This document shows positions 24,879 to 37,003 of a DNA stretch of 64,000 bases, piece by piece. Numbering within the stretch: the stretch's first letter is position 1; the number at the start of each line of letters is the position of its first letter. A program made the position numbers and the translations under genes. The stretch is from positions 868,001 through 932,000 of the forward strand of contig CBFDEM010000004.1 in the NCBI GenBank assembly GCA_965603825.1. The letters run 5' to 3'. The notes under the pieces were generated by a model, which saw nothing but the letters and a program-made list of their open reading frames with translations, searched no databases and had not been told where the DNA came from. The stretch comes from Blepharisma stoltei ATCC 30299. Its lineage: Eukaryota; Protista; Ciliophora.

Positions 24879-27770
24879 ATGGTAATTCATTTGATTTTTC
24901 TTTTCTTCAGCGTCGTTTATTCCTGGGATGACTCAAATTTGGCCACAGGCAGCTTAGGAGGCTACTTCAACATGACGGAAATTAATAAAATGCTGGAAAG
25001 CTTAGCATCCACCAGCGTGACCTCGATTACTGCAGGCCAAACTGAAGGCGGCGTCGATATAAAAGGAGTCAAAGTGATTTCAACAGGTAAATATTACTTA
25101 GATGGCCTTGACTCCACAAAAAGACAAAAAATTCTGGTTACAGGGACCCATACAACGGCTCAGCCTTTATCAGCTACCCAAGTCTTATATTTATTAAACT
25201 ACATGATCAATGATGCTAGTTCTGACACCGTTTATTTACTCCAAACCTCCATATTCTACTTCTTTCCAGTGATAAATGTGGACGCATATACAAAATCATA
25301 CGAAAACTATGCAACTACAAGTAGCTTTGTGACATATTTAAAAAACACCAAAAGTACATGCACATCAGAGTAATTTTTATACAGCGCCACTAAGTCAGGA
25401 GTAGACCTTAATGCAAATTTTGGCGCATATTGGGGTTATGACAGCAAAGGGTCTTCAGACGATACTTGTAGTGATACTTATAGAGGAACTGCTGCATTTT
25501 CTGAAAAAGAGTCTTCAGCAATAAAGTCATTACTCACAAATGAAGGGACCTTTACGATGTGGATTCATTATGATAACTATGGAAATAAGTATTTTTACCC
25601 TTATTCCTACACAGATGGAGATATGTTAAAAGCTTTTACAGGCCAAGAAAAATATTATTCTTATTATACAAATTTAGCAACAAATGCGACTTCTTTGGGA
25701 TCAATGACCTATGGCACTACTCATGATAAGAACGCAACTGTTGCAAATGGTGCTATAATAGACTATGGTATGAACAATACAATTATTTCATTTTTAGCTG
25801 CAATAGGAGATAAAAACACAGCAAAAGATGCAATACTTTCTACTTGTAAAACCCATGTGACTACTTTTAAAGAAATTATTATGACAAGCACTCCTGATAT
25901 AAAACTTTACCTTTCCAGCAGTGCAAAAGTGGACTGCGGAACAAATTGTGGGGACGCTGTAAACCCTGTAGCATATTCAACCTTAACATTCACATTACAA
26001 AATCTTGGGATTTCTGACAGTTATGATAGCCTAAATTTCATTTTTAAAGCTACTTATGGGTCAACTTATGACTATATGGTCACTAACGTCACAGGTGGAG
26101 GAGGCTCTCTAGATATTACCAATGTGACAGACTCTGCTGAAAAAATCAGTTTTCAAGTCAATATTGGCTCACTTACAAAGCTTACGAACTATACTTTGAA
26201 AATAAACTTATACAGCTATAAAGGAGCTTCTTATAATGATGAGGACATGGCTATCACCTATACAGCCACAGCTACCAGCTCATTATCAGCAACTAAAACC
26301 TTTTTAACGACTGGTGATGCCAAGCTATCAGGGGTCACAACACCTTCTACTAGTACTAATAATAACAATGGCTCAGGGGCTTTTCAATACATTAGGGTAT
26401 CCAGCTCCCACAAAGAGCTTGCTGCAGTCGCTGTGATAAGCATTTTTATGGGAATTATTATGATAGTCATATGGGTTTTTATTATAAGAAGATTCAAACA
26501 TGAAAAAGAATTCGGAAGCGCCAATGAGGAGCATGACGCAATGTCTCATGAAGAAATCAATATTAAGCTAGATGAAAAAGATACCAAAAATGTTACAACT
26601 GATAATATAAATAGCAAAAATGAATTCCCATCAAGACCTGGAGATGATTTCAAAGGGCTCGGAGTTAGAAATCCTAATGGATTTGAGGTAAGAAATATGA
26701 ACCAAGAACCAAAGAAATTTGAATTTAAAACTGAAGCAAGATTGCCTGAAGATGGCTCACCAGGGCTTAAAGGGAGATTCGGGGTGTCAAATCCTCAACC
26801 TGAAATAAGAGGGAATTTTGGAGCGAATAGACCTGAAGGGGTTGAAGAAGGGTCACCTGGGCTAAAAGGGAGATTTGGCGCGCCAAATGCTCAGCCTGAA
26901 ATAAAGGGGAATTTTGGAGGATATAGACCTGATGTCCCTGAAAAACAAAGTCCAAGGGTAGAAACTGTAGGATTTGGTGCAAGAGGAAACCCTGGAGGGC
27001 TAAGAGCAGTTGAAGTCCCTGAAAGACAAAGCCCAAGAGTAGAAAATCCAGGCTTTGGCAGGCCTGATATGAGGCCAGGAATCCAAAAAATTGATATCAG
27101 TGCCAACTCCTCTGACCAAAGCGTCAATATCCCTTCAATGAGAGGCCTTCCACCTAAATCAGAGCCTGAATTAAAAGGCACTGTAAACGTTCCTTCAGGC
27201 TTTTCCGCAATCCCAATAGAATCAGACGCTCCTAAAGGAAAATTCATCCCTCAAGGACGAGAAATTCCTTCCCATCTAAAAGCATCGCCATTTGGAAAAG
27301 AGCCTCAAGCTAAACTCGGCGCTGTTGAAGAGCCACAACTCCCAAGTTTTGCAAGGCAGCCGACTGATCCTGGGATGAAAGCTCCTTTACAAGAAAAGCA
27401 GTCCTTGGCGCCTGTATATGAAGCTGACGAGCCACGCCCTATATATGTAGAACCACAAGTAAGAATTGGAGGAATGGGCAGAGGAGGATTTTCAAGGCCT
27501 GTAGAAGAGCCAAAGCCACAATTCGCTAGTCCTCAGTTTAAAGGATCAATAGGGGTGTCAGTTGAAAGCCAGCCAAGAGCCCAAATACCTGGAGCTGGGA
27601 TAAATTTAGGCGGCCCTCCTGCTAAAAGTACATTCCAGCCTATAAGTGCTGCTTTTAGAGCTGACGAAAGCAGCGATGACATCCAAATTTTGGCAGAAGA
27701 AAACAGGTGGGGAGACCCTCCATCAAGAAAAATAGGCCTCAATTCCAGCTCAAGTAATGAATCCTTCTAA
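24879..27770 (+). CDS. Type I membrane protein with degenerate M14 zinc-carboxypeptidase domain and long Gly/Pro-rich cytoplasmic tail; introns 25087-25101 and 25370-25384
   Basis: Signal peptide; M14 scaffold motifs FFPVINVDAY, GVDLNANF..WG, YRGTAAFSEKES, YPYSY; TM LAAVAVISIFMGIIMIVIWVFII-RR. Confidence 0.82.
25087..25101 (+). other. 15-nt stop-less in-frame intron GTAAATATTACTTAG
   Basis: Matches consensus (GTA, A at -6, TAG); not required for the frame. Confidence 0.7.
25370..25384 (+). other. 15-nt intron GTAATTTTTATACAG
   Basis: Contains the TAA ending ORF 24879..25373; removal yields CTSD-ATKSGVDLNANF. Confidence 0.92.
26754..26945 (+). repeat. Two imperfect 96-nt (32-aa) coding tandem repeats
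   Basis: GSPGLKGRFG..QPEI(R/K)GNFG..RP begins at 26754 and at 26850; followed by two VPE(K/R)QSPRVE units. Confidence 0.85.
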
Positions 27771-27846
27771 AAATCTTAAATAAAATCCATTTAAGGCTAT
27801 TTTTATAACTATTAATTCAGCACTATTTATAACCCTTTAGAATAAA

Positions 27847-29485
27847 ATGGCAAAATCACACATCCTTTTATGTCTGCTCGCCCTGGTGTTTTCTCAATCC
27901 GACCTAGATATAATCCAGCAAGAAATCGAGGAATCCAAAAAACTACTGTCCCTTCTCAATCAAAAAATCCAGCATCTAAGCCAACTTCGTGAAGATTTGC
28001 TGAAAAATGAAGTCGAATTGCCAGTAATCTTTTATTTAGCTTGGAGACTCATGAAGGCATCTTCCTCAGCTGTCTGAAGACTACACCCAAGAAGAAAATA
28101 TAGAAAATCGGTTTATTTTGAAAGGAGCTAATAGCGTCCCAGGGAAAATTCAGGCTGCAGATATCATGATTTTGAAGCCTTTTGAGCAGAATAAAGAGTC
28201 ATATAGCTTCATTAATACAGTAATTGTTGTATGCTTGAATGATGGGACGCTTAATATTTATGACTTAGCAGGAGAACTTCTTTATAGATACCAAACAGGT
28301 CATAAGCATTTATTTTGTGCAGCTACCCAAAATACTGATGAAATGCTGATAGCGACTATTGATAAAACAGAAATAAAGGTTCACCAAATAGAAATACACT
28401 TAGAAGCAAATTCAACAATAACAGCAACAGATCAGGAATTTGGATTAAAATGCAGTAAAGCTAAATTTACTGTATCTTTGCTTTCTAGTGGTATTTTATT
28501 TAACGGCACAAATCCAGAACCAACTGCATTTTCTCATTATTCTAGACTAGGCAAAAAATATTGGATTGTTGGAGACAGTGATGGATTTATAAATGTTTAC
28601 CATTATAATGGAGAAATTTATAGCCGCGGGTCAACAGGATTATCTACAATAAAAACTTTAGATAGATCAGGCCAACAGCTAGCTTACGCAGGCGATAAAA
28701 CTCTTGGGATTTACAACTTAGGCTCTATGGAGCCTCACATAATCTGTGACCCAGGAATTTACAATATAACTGACATTGCTATAGATTTCACCTCCTCAAT
28801 AGTCCATGCCGCCTTTGAAAATGGTGAAATTTTTACTTATGATACCAGATTTACCACAAATAATGTTCCCACACATTGCAAAGCTATTGCAAGACTAGTA
28901 AATAAGCATGGCGGAATTGACACAAAACTTGTCAGTATAAAAGGATCATTATTAGCATGGGGTGACGGCGTTTTAACAGCCTTTAATACGTCATTTCTTG
29001 ATGGGAAATCTTTCCTTCCCCCAGCTTATTTTTCGCTTAATCAGCTTCCACAGAAGGAATCTCCTCTTATGAAAGGGTTTAAATTGTCATTAGGAGGGCA
29101 TTATTTAGCTATAGCCAGCAGTGACAGAATTGCGACTTATGAAATTATTGCACCTAAATATAAGCCACAAATAGCCTCTGAAAGCTTTGATTTTGGGAAT
29201 TTAAGGATCATTGCAGTTGCCTTAGCAATTATAGGTATTGTGATATGGAAAGCTAAAACTAGAAAATCAAGGCCACAGCAAGAGGTAGAGAAGCTGGAAA
29301 AAGGGCTAGAGGACTTACAAAGGACGATAAACCAGACTAATAAGATGAGTGAAGATATGACAAGGAAGCTGAGAGATGTAGAAGGCGAGGCCAGAAAAAC
29401 AGTCAGATTTAATGAAAATTTAAGCTATAATTATCCAAGCTCAAGGATTGTAGAAGAAGAGGGGGAATATGAAGATTATGAGTAA
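27847..29485 (+). CDS. Single-pass membrane protein: signal peptide, coiled coil, WD40-like beta-propeller, TM, coiled coil; intron 28024-28039; TGA=Trp at 28052-28054
   Basis: Removing the 16-nt intron and reading TGA as Trp joins ORFs 27847..28077 and 28118..29485; propeller-like motifs (DGTLNIYD, GDSDGFINVY, ENGEIFTYD). Confidence 0.8.
28024..28039 (+). other. 16-nt intron GTAATCTTTTATTTAG
   Basis: Consensus match; removal corrects the frame. Confidence 0.9.
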
Positions 29486-29575
29486 TCAATAATAGTTAAG
29501 CTATAATTAATTAGTAGACATATAATTTTTAAAAATTATCAATAAAAAAAACATTGGCAGTCAAATAATTAGAAA

Positions 29576-30082
29576 ATGGACCTTCCAGATAACTACGGCT
29601 GGGTTCTGTTCATGGAGCTCTTAATCCTTGTGGAATATTATTGCACTGTCATCTACGTTGGCTATGCCAGAAAAAAAGTATTTACGCCCAAGTTCATGAG
29701 TGAGAATTTTGGGGAAGAATTCAGAAATACGTTCAGACGTGATCCGGATCCACTAGGATATCCAGATATGGGAAATGGACGATTCTCTGAAAAACTGTCT
29801 TTTGCGGACTGGTATTATTTTAACAATGCTCAAAGGGTACACTATAACTTTTTAGAAGGAATCCATATCCCTCTTGTTTGCATTCCGATCGGAGGGGTAG
29901 AGCTGGAGTACTATACAATTGGGCTAGCAGCTGCGTATATTGCTGGGAGAGCTATATATGCGATAGGTTATACAAGGGTAGGCTCAAAAGGAAGATTGAT
30001 AGGAGTGGGGATTCTTGATTTAGCACTTATTGGTCTTGTGGTTATTGCTTTTATTTCAAGCATCTTTATGGTTTATAACTAA
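29576..30082 (+). CDS. MAPEG family protein (microsomal glutathione S-transferase 3-like)
   Basis: YGWV, GYPDMGNGRFS, FNNAQRVHYNFLE, GRAIYAIGY motifs. Confidence 0.9.
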   Translation: MDLPDNYGWVLFMELLILVEYYCTVIYVGYARKKVFTPKFMSENFGEEFRNTFRRDPDPLGYPDMGNGRFSEKLSFADWYYFNNAQRVHYNFLEGIHIPLVCIPIGGVELEYYTIGLAAAYIAGRAIYAIGYTRVGSKGRLIGVGILDLALIGLVVIAFISSIFMVYN

Positions 30083-30472
30083 GCCCACTTATCTTAAAAA
30101 TCTAATTAATTTAATTTTTTTAAATTGATGCAGATAAATACTTATCAGTGTGATTGGAGCTTAAAAAGAAATCTCAATATGGCAGAATAAAATTAGCGTT
30201 TCAACTTTTAGTTATTGAAACTTAAGATAAAGAAAAACAGATAAATTTATAATAATTACTATGAAAATCCAAAACTGACTGAGAATAATTATAATTCAAT
30301 CCGTTTTTAGTTTCTTTTCAATCGAGAAAGTGCTAAAAATTTTGTGCATAGCCCTAAGCACCAGCGTGGCTTATCCCGCTTAAACTGTGATGATAGTGAA
30401 TCTTAATCTTATCATTTTTCCATTTTATATTATTCATTTACTAAATTCCATATTAACGCAATAAAAACAGTT

Positions 30473-31225
30473 TTATCTTTGAGTTACTTTAGGACTTGCA
30501 CAATAGTCCGAAGAAAATGCAGTACTTTTAAAAACAGGATCCTTTATACTCTGATAGGTTAAAAGCTTTCTTATTCTTACAGGCGATGCCCTAAAATTCG
30601 TAGACTTATAAAAATCCACATTTCATCTATCACCCTCTCTATTTTGCCTTATTGGCGATTTAATAGACTGCAAAGTGTCATACTGAAGACTGAATTTTTT
30701 CCCCCTTGAATATTTTTCGTCATTCATAGCCTCCTGGATCCCTGAAACAATTCTTGCTCGTTTTTTGTTAAACTCTTGGAATTTGCTTTTAGAAGCAATA
30801 GGAGATCATAAGCTGTTTATATGTTTTGATGTCTTTTTTTCATTCAGCTCGATTTCTAGCTCGTTTTCTAAAATAAAATCGTGGGACATTTCATTTTCAA
30901 TAGAACTAATTTCTCAGCAGGGGTCTTTAGTTGACCCTGTCGGGTCTTCAAATTTTGATTTAATTCGCTGGGTTAGGGTTTTGGACCTGTATTCTTTGCC
31001 TAAATTGCTGGGCTGGTTGGATTTGAGTAGGTAAGACTTGGATTTGGATGATAATTTTCCAATGATGGAATTATACCTTCTTATTAAATTGTCCTTGTGA
31101 GCTTTGTGAGACTTAGCCAAGGATAGTTGAGAAAATGTATGTTTAAGAGATGACGGATTTTGAGGAAAAAAATGCTGAGGGGATGCACAATTTCGCTTTT
31201 CATGTATCATCAGATTTGTATTCAT
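30473..31225 (-). CDS. Hypothetical basic, Ser-rich protein (250 aa); TGA=Trp at 30914, 30806, 30623
   Basis: ORF 30914..31225 stays open through three TGA to TAA at 30473-30475; no recognisable domain. Confidence 0.65.
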
Positions 31226-31519
31226 TATTCTTTTGCGCTTATAAATGGCATTTTGAAGTAAATTTAAATAATTGGTAGAGAAATGAAACTGAAAGCTGAA
31301 ATTGAATAGTCAATTTTTTGCTTTGTAATTATTTAGCAAGGCAATAGGTGCTTTAAGCAGCCATTACATTTTAAATAGCAATTTGCATTCATTAAGCTTT
31401 ATTTATAGATATTTGCATTTGATTTTGATAATTATTTGGAAATATTAATAACTTTATTTATGATTTTGTAAAATACATGATTTTCATATAATATAGTTGC
31501 GACCTATATCATAATAAAA

Positions 31520-33862
31520 ATGGTATTACTTATTCTGTCATTTTGCTTAGTATCATTTGCCCTTGCAGAACCAAACCCTGACAGAGTAGAATACCAGTAC
31601 ATCGATCTAAACTCTCCAGTCACCGAAATAAAATTCTGCGGCGCTCAAGACGAAGTCATGCTTCTTCTCACCACTGAAAATTCTGTATATCGCTCTGAAA
31701 ACAAAGGCTTTTCATGGAAGCCGCTTTCCCCAATTCTAGAAAAAGAAGGCAAAAAGACAGGATCAACAGTCGGTAAGGTAACCCAAATAATCATAAATCC
31801 AGCAGACAAGCAAGTCGTGGTAATGTTAGGAAGCACAGGCCTTAACTGATTTTCAGAAGATTGTGGCAAAACAATAAAAGCTTTAAACTACGGACGACCA
31901 ATGGAAGAATATCACTTTCATCCTACAGAAAGAGACTGAGGATTAGCAGCGTCATGGTCTAAATGCTCAGATTTCGTTGATCAGCCCTGCAAAAAATATA
32001 GAGCTGTTTATCTGACAAAAGATTTAGGAGAAACTTGGACAAAAGTTGTGGATTATGTCGTGCAATTTTCATGGGCATATGAAAATTTAGCAAAATATAT
32101 CAGAAAAAACATCCCAAAAGAAAGAATTTATGTCACAAGAAGTTTGGAGGAAGGGGACCAAAAGGTGGCAGGATGGAGCTATAATGTTGATATGATAAAA
32201 AGTGATGATTTTTTCCTGACCTCGTCAATTTTAGTCCCACATGGGAATAAGTTTTTACTTGCTGACAGATACATACTAGTAGCTCAATCTATTGAAGAAG
32301 GATCCCAAGATGTCCAGCTGCAGATTTCTAACGAAAAAAATATAGAGAAGTTCTATAAAGCAGATTTGCCTATTAAAAGAATTTCTGAGCACAGCTATAC
32401 TTTATTAGACACAAGTGAAGGGTCGATTTTTCTCAATGTAAACCATTATGGCCCAGGCTCTAGATATGGAAACATCTACGAATCTGACGTCACAGGCAGA
32501 AAATTCGCAGTCTCTCTCCTCCACAACGTGAGAGATGCAAAAGGATACTGCGATTTTGACAAAATTTATGGACTAGAAGGAATTTATATAGCCAATACCT
32601 ATGACCGCGAAAAAACTAACGAAGAATTTGACGCTTCTACCACAAAAAAGAAAAAAGTTATCGCAGATTTAGACCAAAGCTACAAGAAAACAGTCATTAC
32701 ATTCGACAAAGGAGGACTTTGGAAGCCTCTAACCCCTCCGGAAAAGGACTCTAATGGTAAGCGTGTTCTCTGCAAAGACGAAGACTGTTCCCTTCATTTG
32801 CATTCTATTACTTCTCAAAAATTCGGTCCTGCTTATTCCTCAGAAAATGCTGTCGGAATTATCATAGGTGTTGGAAATGTCGGAAAATATTTATCCAATA
32901 AGCCTGACGAGCTTAATACCTATTTGTCAAGAGATGGAGGACTAACCTGGACTGAAATTAAAAAAGGGTCATATATTTATGAAATCGGCGACCATGGTGC
33001 TATTATAGTAATGGCTGATGACCAAAAAGCCACAGATAAGGTCTATTTCTCTTGGAATGAAGGACTTACTTGGGACTCAGTCAAATTTACTGACACTCCT
33101 ATAGAAATTGACAATATTATTATTGAGCCCAAAGCGACGTCTCAAAATTTCATTATATACGGCCAAATAGGAGAAAAAGGAGCCAGCGTTGCCATTGATT
33201 TTTCTTCACTTCATGAGCCACAATGCAAAGGTGCTGATAAGCCAGGAGAAGGCAGCAGTGACTATGAACTGTGGAGTCCTAATGATGGGAGGGCTGGGAA
33301 TGAATGCTTGCTAGGCAGAAAGGTAGAATATGTCAGGAGAAAAAGAGAAAGTGAATGCTTTAATGGAGAACAGTTTGAAAGAGGCACGTTTAAGTATAAC
33401 TGTGAGTGCACTAAGGCTGATTATGAGTGCGATTTAGGATTTTTCAGCGAAAATGAAGGGCCATGCAAGAAAATTGAAGGATTTATTGATGAAGAAAAAT
33501 GCCAGGATGGGGATTTGTATTATGAAGTTTCAAGAGGATACAGAAAAGTCGCTGGAGATACCTGTGTGTACGGGGTCAGTGAAGATTTAGACCCATTTAC
33601 ATTTGAATGTGACACAAATGCTATCAGCACGACTGGGATTATCATAATCCTCGTCCTTATAGCAATCATAATTGCCTTGCTTTATGTGCGGTTTTCAGAT
33701 TTTATCTGCAAAAAATGGACTGAATTCAAAGGTCTAGAAGTTTTTGACAAGGCTGGGTACTTCAGCGACCTCAGCAAAGCTCCTGAAGGTATGGAAGAAG
33801 AGCTTCCTTCCATAGTAGCTGACACTTTTGACGAAGAATCCCAATTTAATTCTAAATCTTAA
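31520..33862 (+). CDS. VPS10: Sortilin / VPS10-domain sorting receptor; TGA=Trp at 31847 and 31937
   Basis: Signal peptide, Asp-box repeats (SENKGFSW, N(W)FSEDCGKT, TKDLGETW, TFDKGGLW, SRDGGLTW, SWNEGLTW), 10CC module (CLLGRK..CFNG..CECTKADYECD), TM and acidic tail. Confidence 0.93.
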
Positions 33863-33876
33863 AATTATTATAAAAA

Positions 33877-35523
33877 ATGAGCATCCGTGACAAGCTGGAG
33901 AACGTTTTAAAAGAAATACAAACTCAGCTTGACAAAATCGACGACCATCTGAAAAAGACTACTTTTAAAGATCCTGATTCAAGCTTTGAAGAATATTTAT
34001 TGAACACAAAAGAAGAGCTTGAAAAACAAAAAAATGCTCTCATAAATGAATTTGCTGATATCGAAGATCTGAATTCTTCAATCTGTTTAGCTTTTCCAGC
34101 AAAAAAAAAGGTGAAAAATAAAGGTCCTGAGCTAGAACTTAAGGTTTCGACAGAAAAAAAAGCCCCTGCTCGTAAATCCACTAGCAACTTGTTAATCAAT
34201 CCGAACAATTGCACCTGAAACCGAACTCCTAGCCAGCAGAACAAAACCCCGGCGTCTCCAGTAAATAATGCAAATGCCGAAGAACCGAAAAGTCCTCAAA
34301 CCACGACTTCGTGGTCTAAAAACTGGAGGTATGAGGCTCCTCCTGATATAGAGGATTCTTTTCGAAATCCATTGGAGATGCTGGAGGAATCAGCGATACT
34401 TGAGCCTAGGATTTATAGGGCTCAAACTTCCTGAGAAGAGCTTGATCAGGACAAAGAAGAATTTAAAGAGGTTGATTTTAGATCAATCAGCTGGGAGCCT
34501 GATCCGCCTTTAAGATATAAAGATGAAAGTCCGAGAAATCTGGCACAAAACCAAGTTTTAAAAAACCAAGGAACTTATAATGATTATGCGAGGAAAAATT
34601 GCAAAACTATTGCATCATTAACAAGCTCTCTTGAAGAATTAATAGAAGCAACTCAAACAGAAGAAGAACTAAAGCCACAACTAAAAAAGGCAAACACATG
34701 GGGAAAAGAGCCTGTATATAGAGATCTTTTGGCACCTAACAACCCAAAAAGCTCTTCTTATTCTCGCTTAGGCTCTCAAAATACCCCAAGCAGCGATTTA
34801 CCAAAGCCAAAGAAAAAAGTGATCCCAGCTATCAAAATTGATAGTGTAAAAGAAACAGGCCCAGAAGAGCCAGACGAACTTAATGCCTCAGAAATTCAAA
34901 AGCTTGTTGAGCTTGACAGTGAAGACTTAGAAATCCAAGACTCGATCGAAAAAATGAACAAATTGAGAGAAATTAAAAATAAAGCGCATGAAGAAATGCT
35001 GAATATTAAAGAAAAAATTTTGCAGGCTAAAGAAAAAAAGCTGGAAACTTTATTAAATCAGCTGGCAGCCCAAACATCTCCAAAATCAGCTAATGAAACT
35101 AAATCAAACAATGCGAGCTATATAAAGCTTGGCCTTCCGTCGCTATCAAGATCAAGGCTAAGCCCAAATGTCTTTAAAAGCAACTCAAATTCCCCAAGAC
35201 CTGTTTCTCATAAAAATGAAAAAAATAAAATAATTGCTCCTATCAAGAGAAACAAAGAAGGGTCAATTTCTCCAAGATCGCAAAATATGTATATAGAAAA
35301 AAGAATTCAGAAAATTACAACTGGCGAAGGAAAAAATATTTTAGTTTTCCAAAGCGCAAATAGAAACCTCAATGATGAGGAAAATGCTAAGGATAAAAAT
35401 GTAAAATTTATTTAGTGTGATATGCTAACTCCTATGTCAAGACTTAACCTAGACACCAAAAAAATTATGAAAAAGTCTAGGAGTTTTACAGAGATTGCTT
35501 CCGAGTTTAATAAAAAAATATAA
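33877..35523 (+). CDS. Hypothetical coiled-coil / low-complexity protein; TGA=Trp at 34216 and 34432; intron 35401-35415
   Basis: Single frame from ATG 33877 through two TGA; the apparent TAG stop is the 3' end of a consensus 15-nt intron, after which the frame runs to TAA 35521-35523. Confidence 0.75.
35401..35415 (+). other. 15-nt intron GTAAAATTTATTTAG
   Basis: Perfect consensus; 35 further sense codons follow in frame. Confidence 0.8.
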
Positions 35524-35600
35524 AATTTTCTTTTATTGCCCTTATGTGTTTTCTTTATTTTCTCATAAACATTCGATAAAAAAAGTTTGCTTAGATAAAA

Positions 35601-36656
35601 ATGAAAAAGGATCAATAGTAACTTTTACACAGTGTCTGCGTAAAGTCCTTAACATGGGCAAGGGACTCTCACGGGCTTTTTGATTACGAGTCCAAAAGTA
35701 TTCACAAGAAAACCACAAAAATAGACCATTCAGGAAAAATATTCAGAGTTGGGAATGATGTGAATTTTGTAGGTGAAGATATAGACATCAATCATATAGA
35801 GGGCTGCGTCAACTTAGCAAATATTTCGATAGACAACAACCAATGTTTTCTATCACAAATAGATGAGTCATTGTGGCTGTCTTTAAGAAATTCTAAGCCA
35901 GAGGAGTCAAAAAATTACACTCTTACTGAAGGGACAATTATGAAATTAGGCAGGGTAAAATTCAAAATAAGTGCATTGCACACGTCAAATCTAGAGTCTT
36001 TGCTGTTTGTACAAGATGGCCCAGAAAGTGTTTTACCTGAAGATAGTGTATGCAGGATATGCCTTTGCGGATTAATTGATGTGGAAAACCCTCTTATCAG
36101 TCCTTGTGTGTGTAAAGGGACTATGAAGTACATTCATATCCAGTGTCTGCAAAAATGAGTTTCTTCTAAGTTTTCGACAAAAATCGGCTTAAATTCAGTG
36201 ATTTTTTGCTGAAAATCAATGGATTGCGAGCTTTGTAAAAATCCTTATCCAGCAAGCATAAAAGTTGGCCGAAAAGTACATGCGATTTTTACAGCTGGAG
36301 ACATTCAGACCCCTTATTTCATGCTAGAGTCTATGTCTAGAGACAGTAACAACCACAGAATGCTTTATTTAGTTTCCTTTACTAATAAATGCTCAATAAC
36401 CCTTGGAAGAGGCCATGATTCTGACTTAAGGGTCTCAGACATTTCAGTCTCAAGATGTCATGCGGTCATTAAATATGTGGATGGAATATTTATTTTGGAG
36501 GATAAAGCAAGTAAGTTTGGGACTTTAGTGATGCTGCAGGAGCCGCTTAGAATTAAGGCAGAAGATAATATAGTTTTGCAGGTTGGAAGAACTGTTCTTG
36601 AAGCTACTTTAAAAAGTGGGTCTAGAGAAGATTATTCGACTGATGATGATTTATAA
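35601..36656 (+). CDS. RINGv (C4HC3) plus FHA domain protein, putative E3 ligase; intron 35618-35632; TGA=Trp at 36156 and 36210
   Basis: Spliced start MKKDQYVCVKSLTWARDSHGLFDYES; CRICLC..PCVCKGTMKYIHIQCLQK(W)..CELCK; FHA LGRGHDSDLRVSDISVSRCHA..SKFGT. Confidence 0.9.
35618..35632 (+). other. 15-nt intron GTAACTTTTACACAG, 17 nt after the first base of the start codon
   Basis: Unspliced frame stops at once (TAG TAA); removal links ATG 35601 to the RINGv-FHA frame. Confidence 0.88.
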
Positions 36657-37003
36657 AGCGAGGCATGATTATGTTTAAATAGATCAAGGTAATCAAGGCT
36701 AAAATATTTTTTATTATTTTGTTGATTAAAAGTAATTTTCAAATAAATTTACACTATTTTATAGTCAATTTTCACCTAGGAGAACAAAAATACTATTTAT
36801 CAAATAACATAAATAATCAAAATTTCAAAATAATTTGAGATGGATTTTCTTTTATTTTGATTACGTTACATATTTTGTATTTAAAGACTTAATTTATATA
36901 TATAAATTTATTTTAATTTCAAGATTATTTTCTCTATTTATGTATCAGGCAACAAAAATTCAAAAATATTTTTATTTCATTTTTTTTATAATTATTAAAT
37001 CAG

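Noticed and set aside
9852-35415. UAG=Gln (as in the historical Blepharisma table 15), suggested by in-frame TAG at 9852 and 35413
   Set aside because: Both TAG are 3' ends of consensus 15-nt introns; I found no TAG at a conserved Gln, and TAG ends genes at 22818, 53302 and 62287.
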